From a virus (lineage: Duplodnaviria > Caudoviricetes), in the IMG/VR virus record IMGVR_UViG_3300035682_000040, positions 1 through 59,924 of that record: a stretch of 59,924 bases of DNA; one strand, 5' to 3'. Position 1 is the first letter of the stretch; every line of letters starts with the position of its first letter. This document shows positions 46,857-55,397 of this stretch, piece by piece. A program made the translations under genes and the position numbers. A model generated the notes under the pieces. It did not search any database, was not told the DNA's origin, and saw only the letters and a program-made list of their open reading frames with translations.

Positions 46857-47032
46857 TCCCCCCATGCCGGATTATTTTGAAAAAAGTGGGCGGTCTACCT
46901 CCCTACCACCAGACTCCCATTTTAGCTACCTAACACTTGTAAGGTACTATTCCAATATCCCTATTCTCAAAAATATGGATGAACCCTATTTAGCCGCCTA
47001 ACACATGTAACCCAACTAATCTCACGCACTCC

Positions 47033-47061
47033 TTGCATTGTGGTCATTATTGTGCTACTGT
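47033..47061 (+). promoter_or_regulatory. Candidate sigma70-type promoter for the dcd-lysis-packaging arm
   Basis: TTGCAT-N17-TACTGT with TGn; two boxes upstream at 46931 and 46999. Confidence 0.5.
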
Positions 47062-47095
47062 ACCCAAAATTCCTAATCCCAATACCCTATATCCT

Positions 47096-47653
47096 ATGAG
47101 CGTTATATCTTATTCTGAATTATGTGAACTTGTTGAAGCTGGTGTTATCAATGCTAAACCCAGTCAAATTAATGGAAGTTCAATCGACCTAACATTAGAC
47201 AATATCATTCGCACTGAGTCACCTAACACTCACGGCAAGCCAATTGACTTAGCCATTAAAGAAAACATCATCACCGCAGCGATTGACCTTAACAATAGCC
47301 CCTATCATTGTGGTTACATCATGCAACCAAACGAAATGATTCTAGCCTCATCCTTTGAAGTTTTTAACTTACCACATAATATCAGTGCTGAATATAAACT
47401 AAAATCCAGTATGGCGAGGAATGGCTTAGAACATCTTAATGCTGGCTGGTGTGATGCAGGTTGGACTAATTCTAAATTGACACTTGAACTTAAAAACGTA
47501 AATCAATTTCATAAACTATTATTAACTGTGGGTATGCCTATAGGTCAGGTTATATTCTACAAACATGAACCTGTACCTGTAGATAAGTCATACTCTATTC
47601 GTGGTCAGTACAACAACCAAACTGAAGTTACTGAATCAAAAGGAATCAGGTAA
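47096..47653 (+). CDS. dcd: dCTP deaminase
   Basis: Q.N..SIDLTL, KSS.AR.GL, AGW.D.GW...LTLEL.N, I.Q..F, Y...G.Y..Q. Confidence 0.88.
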   Translation: MSVISYSELCELVEAGVINAKPSQINGSSIDLTLDNIIRTESPNTHGKPIDLAIKENIITAAIDLNNSPYHCGYIMQPNEMILASSFEVFNLPHNISAEYKLKSSMARNGLEHLNAGWCDAGWTNSKLTLELKNVNQFHKLLLTVGMPIGQVIFYKHEPVPVDKSYSIRGQYNNQTEVTESKGIR

Positions 47654-47895
47654 TGGTAGATAGCAACGAGCAACGAGAATTAATTAGGCAGACTGTGAAA
47701 GAGACTTTACTTTCATTAGGTATTGAAGTAGACGATCCTATTAAAGTACAAAGGGATTTTCAGCATTTAAGGGAGTGGCGTGAAACTACTGAAGCCTTAA
47801 AGTCCAAAGGGTTAATGACGTTGTTTGGTGTAGTCCTAGCAGGTATTCTAGGGTTTATTTGGTTGGGGTTTAAAGGTTCATTGGGAGTTAAATAA
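47653..47895 (+). CDS. Single-TM protein, putative holin/antiholin
   Basis: C-terminal TM helix; TAATG-coupled to the endolysin. Confidence 0.5.
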   Translation: MVDSNEQRELIRQTVKETLLSLGIEVDDPIKVQRDFQHLREWRETTEALKSKGLMTLFGVVLAGILGFIWLGFKGSLGVK

Positions 47896-48392
47896 TGAAA
47901 GATATTTACGATGCTGATATTAAAAGGTTTCACAAAGAATATAATTTGCCGTTTGACTGGACTTTAGTAAAAGCTCAGTTGTTTCAAGAGTCGGGTTTAA
48001 ACCCTGAAGCTTGTAGCCCAGTGGGTGCTAAGGGTTTGGCTCAGTTTATGCCTGCTACTTGGGAAGAATACACTATTAAGTGTGGCTTGCCTGCTAAAAC
48101 TAGCCGTACTGATACTGTTGCTTCAATTCAATGCTGTGCTGCTTACATGAGGGCGTTAATTACGCAATGGAAAAGTAAAAGGACAGAGGTTGACCGCTAT
48201 AATTTAGCATTGGCTTCATACAATGCAGGTCTAGGTAACTTGCTGAAAGCACAGAAGATGGTTCATGGTGCTACGGATTATGCTACTATTATTTCAGCAT
48301 TGAAATTTGTTACTGGAAATGAAAATGCTTTACAAACTACAGATTATGTGGTTAAAATAAATGAGTTTCATAGATTATTAAATAAGAAGTAA
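47895..48392 (+). CDS. Endolysin, soluble lytic transglycosylase (SLT) family
   Basis: QESGLNP, SPVGAKGLAQFMPAT, ALASYNAG. Confidence 0.9.
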   Translation: MKDIYDADIKRFHKEYNLPFDWTLVKAQLFQESGLNPEACSPVGAKGLAQFMPATWEEYTIKCGLPAKTSRTDTVASIQCCAAYMRALITQWKSKRTEVDRYNLALASYNAGLGNLLKAQKMVHGATDYATIISALKFVTGNENALQTTDYVVKINEFHRLLNKK

Positions 48393-48536
48393 CTTAGAAT
48401 TGTGGTAACTGTAACCTTGGATACAGTCAGGATGAAATTAAATTTCCAGTTACCACACTTGTAGGTTGCGTTAAATAATAGACTTTAAAGACGTTAATTT
48501 AGTTAGCGTGACCTCAACTTATTATAGGAAACCAAA

Positions 48537-49025
48537 ATGAATTTATGGGGAAATGAAGGGCAATTACCTCTATCAGAAAGGGAACAAGCTCTTAGAAATG
48601 AATTTGTGCGACATTACTTGATTGATTTTGATCCAGTACTGGCGTGTATGAGAGTTGGTTTCACTAAAGCTTTTGCTGAAGATTACGCAATACGATTTAT
48701 GGCGGAACCATACGTTCAAAAACGGATTACTGAACTTAGTTTGGAGACTCCTGAAGATGAACTTGAACAAGAAGAACTCGATAAGCAACTTACTTTGTCA
48801 GTATTACGACAAGCTGCTACGAACGGACCTTATAGTTCAAGGGTTGCTGCTGCTGCAAAACTTGCTTCTATACTAGGTATGGATAAACCTGTTGCTAATA
48901 CACTTGATATTACCAGTAAAGGTGGTGTCATGGTTGTTCCTGGAATTAGTAATGTTGATGATTGGGAAGAAACTGCTTTGAAAGCTCAACAAGAGTTAAT
49001 TAACGCTGCACAAGAATCAATATGA
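48537..49025 (+). CDS. Terminase small subunit
   Basis: FV..YL.DFD...A..R.GF HTH, RVAAA..LA..LGMD; upstream of TerL. Confidence 0.8.
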   Translation: MNLWGNEGQLPLSEREQALRNEFVRHYLIDFDPVLACMRVGFTKAFAEDYAIRFMAEPYVQKRITELSLETPEDELEQEELDKQLTLSVLRQAATNGPYSSRVAAAAKLASILGMDKPVANTLDITSKGGVMVVPGISNVDDWEETALKAQQELINAAQESI

Positions 49026-49195
49026 GAAATGTAGAAGCTGATAGAAGGGCAAAAAGTTTACAGTTAAGACCCAGACCGTCTTGTGAAAATAGTAAATGGC
49101 GGATAGTAATTGATCCACCTATGAATGATATGGATTATGTTAGAATGGAACGTATGCAAAGGTTCGCAGACAATAAAGCAAGGACTCTAAAGTAA
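49022..49195 (+). CDS. Small hypothetical protein, 57 aa (MRNVEADRRAK...)
   Basis: Not in ORF track; ATGA overlap with terS and TAATG overlap with terL. Confidence 0.65.
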   Translation: MRNVEADRRAKSLQLRPRPSCENSKWRIVIDPPMNDMDYVRMERMQRFADNKARTLK

Positions 49196-50799
49196 TGGTT
49201 GAAAAGGTAGTTTGGGCTCCGCTTCCAGGATCTCAAACTTTAGCAATGTCATGTCCTGCTCAAATTATCGTTTATCACGGTAGTCGAGGTCCTGGAAAGA
49301 CGGATTCTCAGTTAATGCGGTTTCGTGCTAAAGTTGGACAGGGTTATGGTCGGCATTGGCGAGGTATTATCTTTGATAGGGAATATAAGAACTTAGATGA
49401 CTTAGTTTCTAAGTCAATGCGTTGGTTTCCTGAGTTTAAGGATAACTGTCGCTTTATAAATTCTAAATCAGATTATAAATGGGTTTGGAAGACTGGCGAA
49501 GAACTACTTTTTCGTACAGTTAAGAAAGATCAAGACTATTGGGGTTTTCATGGGCAAGAATTTCCATTTATTGGGTGGAATGAGCTTACTAAGTACCCTA
49601 ATGGTAACTTATTTGAGATGATGATGTCCTGTAATCGGTCATCATTCAGACCTGAGGATTTTCCTTTTTATATTAATAAGGATATACTTAATAAAAAAGG
49701 TTTAATTCAGCATGTGCCTAGTAACCACAAGTTTGCTGAACAACGTCTACTGCCAGAAATCAATTTAGAGGTGTTTGCTACCTGCAATCCTCATGGTCCT
49801 GGACATAACTGGGTTAAAAGACGTTTTATTAGTGCTTCTCGCATGGGTGAAATTTTAAAAAACAAAGTTAATGTTTACAATCCTAGAACTCAAAAACGAG
49901 AAGATGTATTTAAAACTCAAACGCATATATTTGGAAGCTATAGGGAGAATAAATACCTAAGTCCTGAGTATGTTGCTACATTGGAGAGTATAGATGAGCC
50001 TAATAAAAAGAGAGCATGGCTTATGGGTGATTGGGATGTTGTTGCAGGGGGTATGTTTGACGACCTTTGGGATTCTAAGTTACATATTATTGAACCTTTT
50101 ACTGTCCCCGATAATTGGCGTATTGACCGTTCATTTGATTGGGGCAGTTCGCACCCTTTTTCAGTAGGTTGGTGGGCTGAAAGTGATGGTACAGATGTAA
50201 TATTGCCAGATGGTACTAAACGTAGTACTATAAGGGGAGATATATTCCGTATCGGGGAGTGGTACGGTTGGAATGGACGTCCAAATGAAGGATTACGAAT
50301 GTTGGCAGGTGATATTGCTCAAGGTATCATCGAAAGGGAACTTTCTATGGGTATCTATAAAAGGGTACATCCTGGACCTGCTGATAATTCAATTTATGAT
50401 GTTGAAAATGGAAATAGTATTGGCGCATCAATGGCTAATCCTGTTAGAATAAACGGAAACAACTATCCTGGAGTTACTTGGATACGTTCTGATAAATCTT
50501 CTGGTAGTCGTAAGGCTGGTTGGGAAAAAATGCGGTTGTATATGCGACAAGGTAAACCGCAAATTATTATAGATAAAGATACAAAAGAAAAAACTGTAAT
50601 TCCTCGGGAAAAACCAGGAATGTTTATCTTTAATAGTTGTAAATTATTTATAGATTTAGTACCAATTTTACCTAGAGATGAAATTGACCCTGATGATGTA
50701 GATACTGATGCTGAAGATCATATTGGTGATGAAGCACGTTACAAACTTCTATCCATTGGCGTTGGTGCTAAAGGTGGACGAACTAAAGGTGTTCAATAA
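49195..50799 (+). CDS. Terminase large subunit
   Basis: Walker A GSRGPGKT, Walker B IGWNEL, ATCNP.GPGH.WVK, FDWG, EDH..DE.RY. Confidence 0.92.
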   Translation: MVEKVVWAPLPGSQTLAMSCPAQIIVYHGSRGPGKTDSQLMRFRAKVGQGYGRHWRGIIFDREYKNLDDLVSKSMRWFPEFKDNCRFINSKSDYKWVWKTGEELLFRTVKKDQDYWGFHGQEFPFIGWNELTKYPNGNLFEMMMSCNRSSFRPEDFPFYINKDILNKKGLIQHVPSNHKFAEQRLLPEINLEVFATCNPHGPGHNWVKRRFISASRMGEILKNKVNVYNPRTQKREDVFKTQTHIFGSYRENKYLSPEYVATLESIDEPNKKRAWLMGDWDVVAGGMFDDLWDSKLHIIEPFTVPDNWRIDRSFDWGSSHPFSVGWWAESDGTDVILPDGTKRSTIRGDIFRIGEWYGWNGRPNEGLRMLAGDIAQGIIERELSMGIYKRVHPGPADNSIYDVENGNSIGASMANPVRINGNNYPGVTWIRSDKSSGSRKAGWEKMRLYMRQGKPQIIIDKDTKEKTVIPREKPGMFIFNSCKLFIDLVPILPRDEIDPDDVDTDAEDHIGDEARYKLLSIGVGAKGGRTKGVQ

Positions 50800-51119
50800 T
50801 GAGAAAAATAACTATTATTTTATTTATAATCAGTACATTAGTTTTATTAAATGATTCTGAAGCTTCAACTTGCAGAAGTTATACAGTTAAAAAACAATTT
50901 GATAAAGAACAAGGATACCCACATGGTAGAAAAGGTTATGTTGTCGACCATATTTGTGCTTTGGCTCAGGGTGGTATTGATTCACCTAAAAATATGCAGT
51001 ATCAGACACTCGCAGATAGCAAAGCTAAAGATAAAATAGAGAACACTACTTATGGTAAAGCTTTATATTGTAATTCATCCAATTCAACTTTAAATCGTTT
51101 AGTATTTAACTGTAAATAA
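50799..51119 (+). CDS. HNH-like protein with an N-terminal signal peptide
   Basis: MRK + hydrophobic stretch + SEA; GYVVDHI.AL..GG.D.P.NMQ.Q. Confidence 0.7.
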   Translation: MRKITIILFIISTLVLLNDSEASTCRSYTVKKQFDKEQGYPHGRKGYVVDHICALAQGGIDSPKNMQYQTLADSKAKDKIENTTYGKALYCNSSNSTLNRLVFNCK

Positions 51120-51128
51120 GGAACTTCA

Positions 51129-52616
51129 ATGTCATTAAATTCTCAACATCCTGCTTATGCTAGGTATTACGACCAATGGATTCAATTAAGGGATTTTTAT
51201 AAAGGTGAAGAACACGTTAAACTAGCAGAGGATAAATATTTACTTCCAACTGCTGGTATGACTATGGACGGCATGGGTGCTAATGATGTAGGTAGACAAG
51301 CTTATGAATCCTATTTATCAAGAGCAGTATTTCCTGATTATATTAAGGATGCTGTTGAAATTTCTATAGGTTTATTGCATCAAAAGGAAGCAGTTATTGA
51401 ATTGCCTCCTGAACTTGAAGTTTTAAGAGATGATGCTAGTATTAAAGGTGAATCCTTAAATCAATTATTAAGACGTATCAATGTAGAACAATTAATTACA
51501 GGTCGATGCGGTTTATTGCTGGATACACCTATTATTTCTGATCCAACTAACCCTGTGCCGTATATAGCTTTATATATTGCAGAATCAATTATAAATTGGG
51601 ACGAAAGTAATGATTCCATTGATACTGATAAAATTAATATGGTTATCATGGATGAAACGGGCTATCGTAGAGTTAATAAGCTATTTGATTGGCAAATAAT
51701 GATGCAGTACCGCATTTTAATTCTTGATGATAATGGTACTTATAAACAAGGTGTATTTAATAATGATACAGGTACTAATTACGATGAAAGTTTATTAATT
51801 ACACCTGCTATTAGAGGTAAATCATTAAAAGAACTTCCTTTTGTATTTATAAATTCAAAAGACTTATTACCTTTGCCTGAAAATTCACCGTTACTTGGTT
51901 TAGCTAATATTACTGCTGCTATTTATCGTGGTGAAGCTGATTACCGTTATTCTTTGTTTATGCAAGGTCAAGATACCCTTGTTGTTATAGGAAGTGTCCG
52001 TAACCCTAATTTAGCTCCTGGAGGAGATGATGCGATTCGTACTGGTGCTGGTAGTCGTATTGATATTGATGTTACTGGGGACGCTAAGTATATTGGCGTT
52101 AGTTCTAAGGGGTTAGCTGAACAAAGAACTTGTTTAGAAAATGACCGCAAACGTGCAGAAACTCATTCCGGTCGTTTAATTGGTACTAAGTCAAATGTAG
52201 AAAGTGGTGAAGCTTTAAGAGTTCGTATTGGAGCTCAAACTGCTACTTTAAATCAAATAGCTATTACTTCAGCATTAGCTTTGGAGAAGATATTAAAAAT
52301 AGCCGCTAGATGGATTGGTGCTGATGACTCAAAAGTAAGAGTTATACCAAATATGGACTTTGCTGATATAGACTTCCAAGGTCAAGAACTTGTTAATATT
52401 ATGACTGCTAGAAATATGGGTGCTCCTATATCTTTAGAAAGTATTCATAATGTGCTTGTAGATAGGGGTATGACAAACTTTGATTTTGAAACTGAAATGG
52501 CAAAAATTCCAGTTGAAAATAAGGATGCTAATATTCCAACACCTGATGCCGGAACAAAGATTCCTGCACAACCCAACCAAACCACAAAACCACCACAACC
52601 AAAAGTAGGAAAATAA
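51129..52616 (+). CDS. Portal protein (DUF4055-like)
   Basis: HP.Y, YL.RA.F, GR.GLL.D, LPFVF, ESGEALR.R; position after terL. Confidence 0.88.
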   Translation: MSLNSQHPAYARYYDQWIQLRDFYKGEEHVKLAEDKYLLPTAGMTMDGMGANDVGRQAYESYLSRAVFPDYIKDAVEISIGLLHQKEAVIELPPELEVLRDDASIKGESLNQLLRRINVEQLITGRCGLLLDTPIISDPTNPVPYIALYIAESIINWDESNDSIDTDKINMVIMDETGYRRVNKLFDWQIMMQYRILILDDNGTYKQGVFNNDTGTNYDESLLITPAIRGKSLKELPFVFINSKDLLPLPENSPLLGLANITAAIYRGEADYRYSLFMQGQDTLVVIGSVRNPNLAPGGDDAIRTGAGSRIDIDVTGDAKYIGVSSKGLAEQRTCLENDRKRAETHSGRLIGTKSNVESGEALRVRIGAQTATLNQIAITSALALEKILKIAARWIGADDSKVRVIPNMDFADIDFQGQELVNIMTARNMGAPISLESIHNVLVDRGMTNFDFETEMAKIPVENKDANIPTPDAGTKIPAQPNQTTKPPQPKVGK

Positions 52617-52617
52617 T

Positions 52618-53430
52618 ATGGGCTTAAAAATAGTAGAAGAAAACTTAGACTTAGTTGATGCAGCTTTTCAATCATTATATACAGAACTAGACGGTAAGTT
52701 TATTCTTACTGGTATTGATGGTATGAAAACTGATGCAGATGTTGCACGTTTAAATGCTAGTATCATAAAAGAACGTGCTGCTACTGCTGAAGCTAAGACT
52801 AAATATGCAATATTAGGTGGTCTTGATGCTAATGAAATCTTAGCTAAACTAGATCGTATTCCTGAACTTGAAGCTTTGGCTTCAGGTAAAGTTGATGAAA
52901 CTAAAATTGAGAGTATTGTTGAAACTAGGCTAAAAGCTAAATTAAATCCGATTGAACGGTTACTTGAAGCTGAAAAAGTGAAAACTGCTAACCTTGAAAA
53001 TGTAAACAGAATGTTTATGGAGAAGGAAAAGACTGTTAGTATTCATTCGGCAGTTCGCAAGGCTGCTACTGCTGCAAATGTAAGAAGTGAAGCTATTGAT
53101 GATGCTATTACATTAGCTGAACGGTACTTTGAATTGTCTGAAGATGGTGCAGTTATAGCTAAGGACGTTCCTGGAGTTACTCAAGGAATAGACCCTGCTA
53201 TGTGGTTATCAGACTTACAAGCTAAAAAACCGCATTGGTGGGGTGAAACTGTTGGTGGTGGTGCAAGTGGGAGTGGTTCAGGTTTTAGTGGTATTAACAA
53301 TCCTTGGTCTGCTGATAATTGGAATATGACTGAACAAGGTAAACTGTATTCCAAAAATCCTGCTAAAGCTGAACAAATGGCTAAAGCTGCTGGAAGTAAC
53401 GTAGGTGCTAGTAAACCAACTAAAAAATAA
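52618..53430 (+). CDS. Capsid scaffolding protein
   Basis: Coiled-coil body; PHWW...GGGA.G...NPW...WN.TEQ. Confidence 0.8.
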   Translation: MGLKIVEENLDLVDAAFQSLYTELDGKFILTGIDGMKTDADVARLNASIIKERAATAEAKTKYAILGGLDANEILAKLDRIPELEALASGKVDETKIESIVETRLKAKLNPIERLLEAEKVKTANLENVNRMFMEKEKTVSIHSAVRKAATAANVRSEAIDDAITLAERYFELSEDGAVIAKDVPGVTQGIDPAMWLSDLQAKKPHWWGETVGGGASGSGSGFSGINNPWSADNWNMTEQGKLYSKNPAKAEQMAKAAGSNVGASKPTKK

Positions 53431-53432
53431 AG

Positions 53433-53530
53433 TTGTTTTTAGGCGTATTGTGTGGTACAGTACGCCTAAATAGAGCATGGTCTCTATATAGAGCATGGTC
53501 TCTATAAAATAATTATACATGGCTATAATT
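53433..53530 (+). promoter_or_regulatory. Capsid-gene promoter candidate and leader with three CAUGGY-loop hairpins
   Basis: TTGTTT-N17-TACAGT with TGn, then hairpins at 53470-53487, 53488-53505 and 53511-53530. Confidence 0.6.
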
Positions 53531-53566
53531 AAAAACTCCCCTTAATTACTTTATGAGATCACTACT

Positions 53567-54586
53567 ATGGCTGCTGGAAATGTCCAGATTGCAGATGTTG
53601 TTGTACCTGCAATCTTTAACCCTTATGTACAAGAATTAACTCAAGAAAAAACTGCTATCATTCGTTCAGGTGCAGTTGTTATTGATTCTCAACTAGCTTC
53701 AAACCTTGCTGGAGAAGGTTCTACTTTCAACGTAAGATCATATAAAGATCTACAAAATGATGCTGAAAACGTATCTTCTGATGTTGCTGGTAATTTATCT
53801 ACCCCTAACAAAATTCTATCCGCTACTGAAATTCAAGTACGTTTAAGCCGTAATAATTCTTGGGCTTCTATGGATTTAGTTACTGACCTTATTTCTAAAG
53901 ACCCTATGCAAGCTATCGCTTCTAGAGTTTCTGATTATTGGGTTCGTAGATTGCAATTAGCTTTTGTTAATACTGTAAAAGGTGTATTGGCTGATAATGC
54001 TTTGGCTCCTAATGGTAATGATACTCATATTCAAAATGATATGACTTTCAACGCTTCAGGTGCTGCTTTTGCTGCTGGTGTTACTAACTTTACGGCTGAA
54101 TCTTTTGTAGATGCTACTACTACAATGGGTGACTCTTTAAACACACTAACAATGATTATGGTTCATTCTGTTGTTTATGGTCGTATGATTAAAAACAACT
54201 TGATTGATTTCGTTCCTGATTCAACTGGTTCTACTAACATTCCTACTTTTATGGGTCGTACTGTAATTGTTGATGACGGTATGCCTTTCACTGGTGGTGT
54301 ATTTGAATCTTGGTTGTTTGGTGCTAATGCTTTCACTATGGGTATGTCACAACCTAAAGTACCTACTGAAATTTATCGTCTCCCTGCTGCTGGTAATGGT
54401 GCTGGTATGGAAACATTGTTCAACCGTGTTGAATGGGCTATCCATCCATCAGGTTATCAATATACTCCTGCTTATACCGTTGGCGGTCCAACAAACGCTA
54501 CACTTGCATTGGCTGCTTCTTGGTCAAGAGTGTTCCCTGAACGTAAACAAATTCGTATGGCTCGATTGATTACAAGAGAGTTCTAA
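53567..54586 (+). CDS. Major capsid protein
   Basis: I.DVVVP.IF..Y, SG, DPM.AIA.RV..YW.R, MVHS.VY, GR.VIVDD.MP, HP.GY; biased codon usage. Confidence 0.92.
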   Translation: MAAGNVQIADVVVPAIFNPYVQELTQEKTAIIRSGAVVIDSQLASNLAGEGSTFNVRSYKDLQNDAENVSSDVAGNLSTPNKILSATEIQVRLSRNNSWASMDLVTDLISKDPMQAIASRVSDYWVRRLQLAFVNTVKGVLADNALAPNGNDTHIQNDMTFNASGAAFAAGVTNFTAESFVDATTTMGDSLNTLTMIMVHSVVYGRMIKNNLIDFVPDSTGSTNIPTFMGRTVIVDDGMPFTGGVFESWLFGANAFTMGMSQPKVPTEIYRLPAAGNGAGMETLFNRVEWAIHPSGYQYTPAYTVGGPTNATLALAASWSRVFPERKQIRMARLITREF

Positions 54587-54612
54587 AAACCAGTTTGGTG
54601 TGGTGTGTTTTA

Positions 54613-54640
54613 ACAGGGTGGTTCGCTGCCCTGTCTTTTT
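54613..54640 (+). terminator. Intrinsic terminator after the capsid gene
   Basis: ACAGGGTGG-TTCG-CTGCCCTGT-CTTTTT. Confidence 0.85.
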
Positions 54641-54654
54641 AGTTAGGAGGCTAT

Positions 54655-54810
54655 ATGCCAAAAGGTTATTCAAGAGCATTAGCAAGAGCCGTTGCTAAAC
54701 CAGCTCCAAATGTTACAACTGTACAAACTCAACCAACAGTTGAAGAACCAACTGGTACAATAGCTGTTACTATTCCAGTTATTGAAAAAGTTAAAGAACC
54801 AACTGTTTAA
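54655..54810 (+). CDS. Small protein, 51 aa (MPKGYSRALARAVAKP...)
   Basis: Not in ORF track; AGGAGG RBS. Confidence 0.7.
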   Translation: MPKGYSRALARAVAKPAPNVTTVQTQPTVEEPTGTIAVTIPVIEKVKEPTV

Positions 54811-54833
54811 CAATATTATATTGGTATAAATTA

Positions 54834-55388
54834 ATGACAGATTCAGCACTTAAAACGGCACTTTTATCTTTAAGTGTTGAAAATGATAATCATTGGACTA
54901 AAGCAGGGTTGCCAAGATTAGAAACTTTAAAATTTCTAACAGGCAATTCTGATTTAACCCAAGAAATAGTATCAGCGGAAATTCCGGGATTTAATAGGGA
55001 AGCCGCCACATTGCCACCACAAATTACTAATGTGGTTAAAATGGAGGAAGTTAAACCTAAACAAGTTAAAGTTGATAGCTTAACTTTAAGTGAACAATTA
55101 GTTGTAGAACAACTTAAACTTGAACAAGTAAGAAAAACTTCTTTTGAAATAGAAAAAGAACTTGTCTTACAATCAGCAATAGTTTCTCAATTAGCTGAAG
55201 ATGTAAGCAATGAATTTGGTATTGAAACTTCAGAAACTGCTATTATAAATTATTTAAAAAGTCAGCAAATTGTTTTAGAAGAACGTGCTGCTAGACAAAA
55301 AATGATAGCTGAAAGTGGTATTAATCTTAAAGAATTAGCTCAAGGTTTAAAATCACCTTTAGATATTTCTTTAGCTCGTAAAAGATAA
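54834..55388 (+). CDS. Virion-associated hypothetical protein
   Basis: ND.HWT..GLP motif plus coiled coil; head region. Confidence 0.6.
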   Translation: MTDSALKTALLSLSVENDNHWTKAGLPRLETLKFLTGNSDLTQEIVSAEIPGFNREAATLPPQITNVVKMEEVKPKQVKVDSLTLSEQLVVEQLKLEQVRKTSFEIEKELVLQSAIVSQLAEDVSNEFGIETSETAIINYLKSQQIVLEERAARQKMIAESGINLKELAQGLKSPLDISLARKR

Positions 55389-55397
55389 GGAATTATT

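Noticed and set aside
49570-49590. TerL Walker B reading WNE instead of hDE as a sign of inactivation
   Set aside because: The catalytic Glu and all other motifs are intact in the only terminase gene; likely a family variant.
53471-53506. Tandem 18-bp repeat as a mini CRISPR array
   Set aside because: Only two adjacent copies with no spacer; better explained as leader hairpins.
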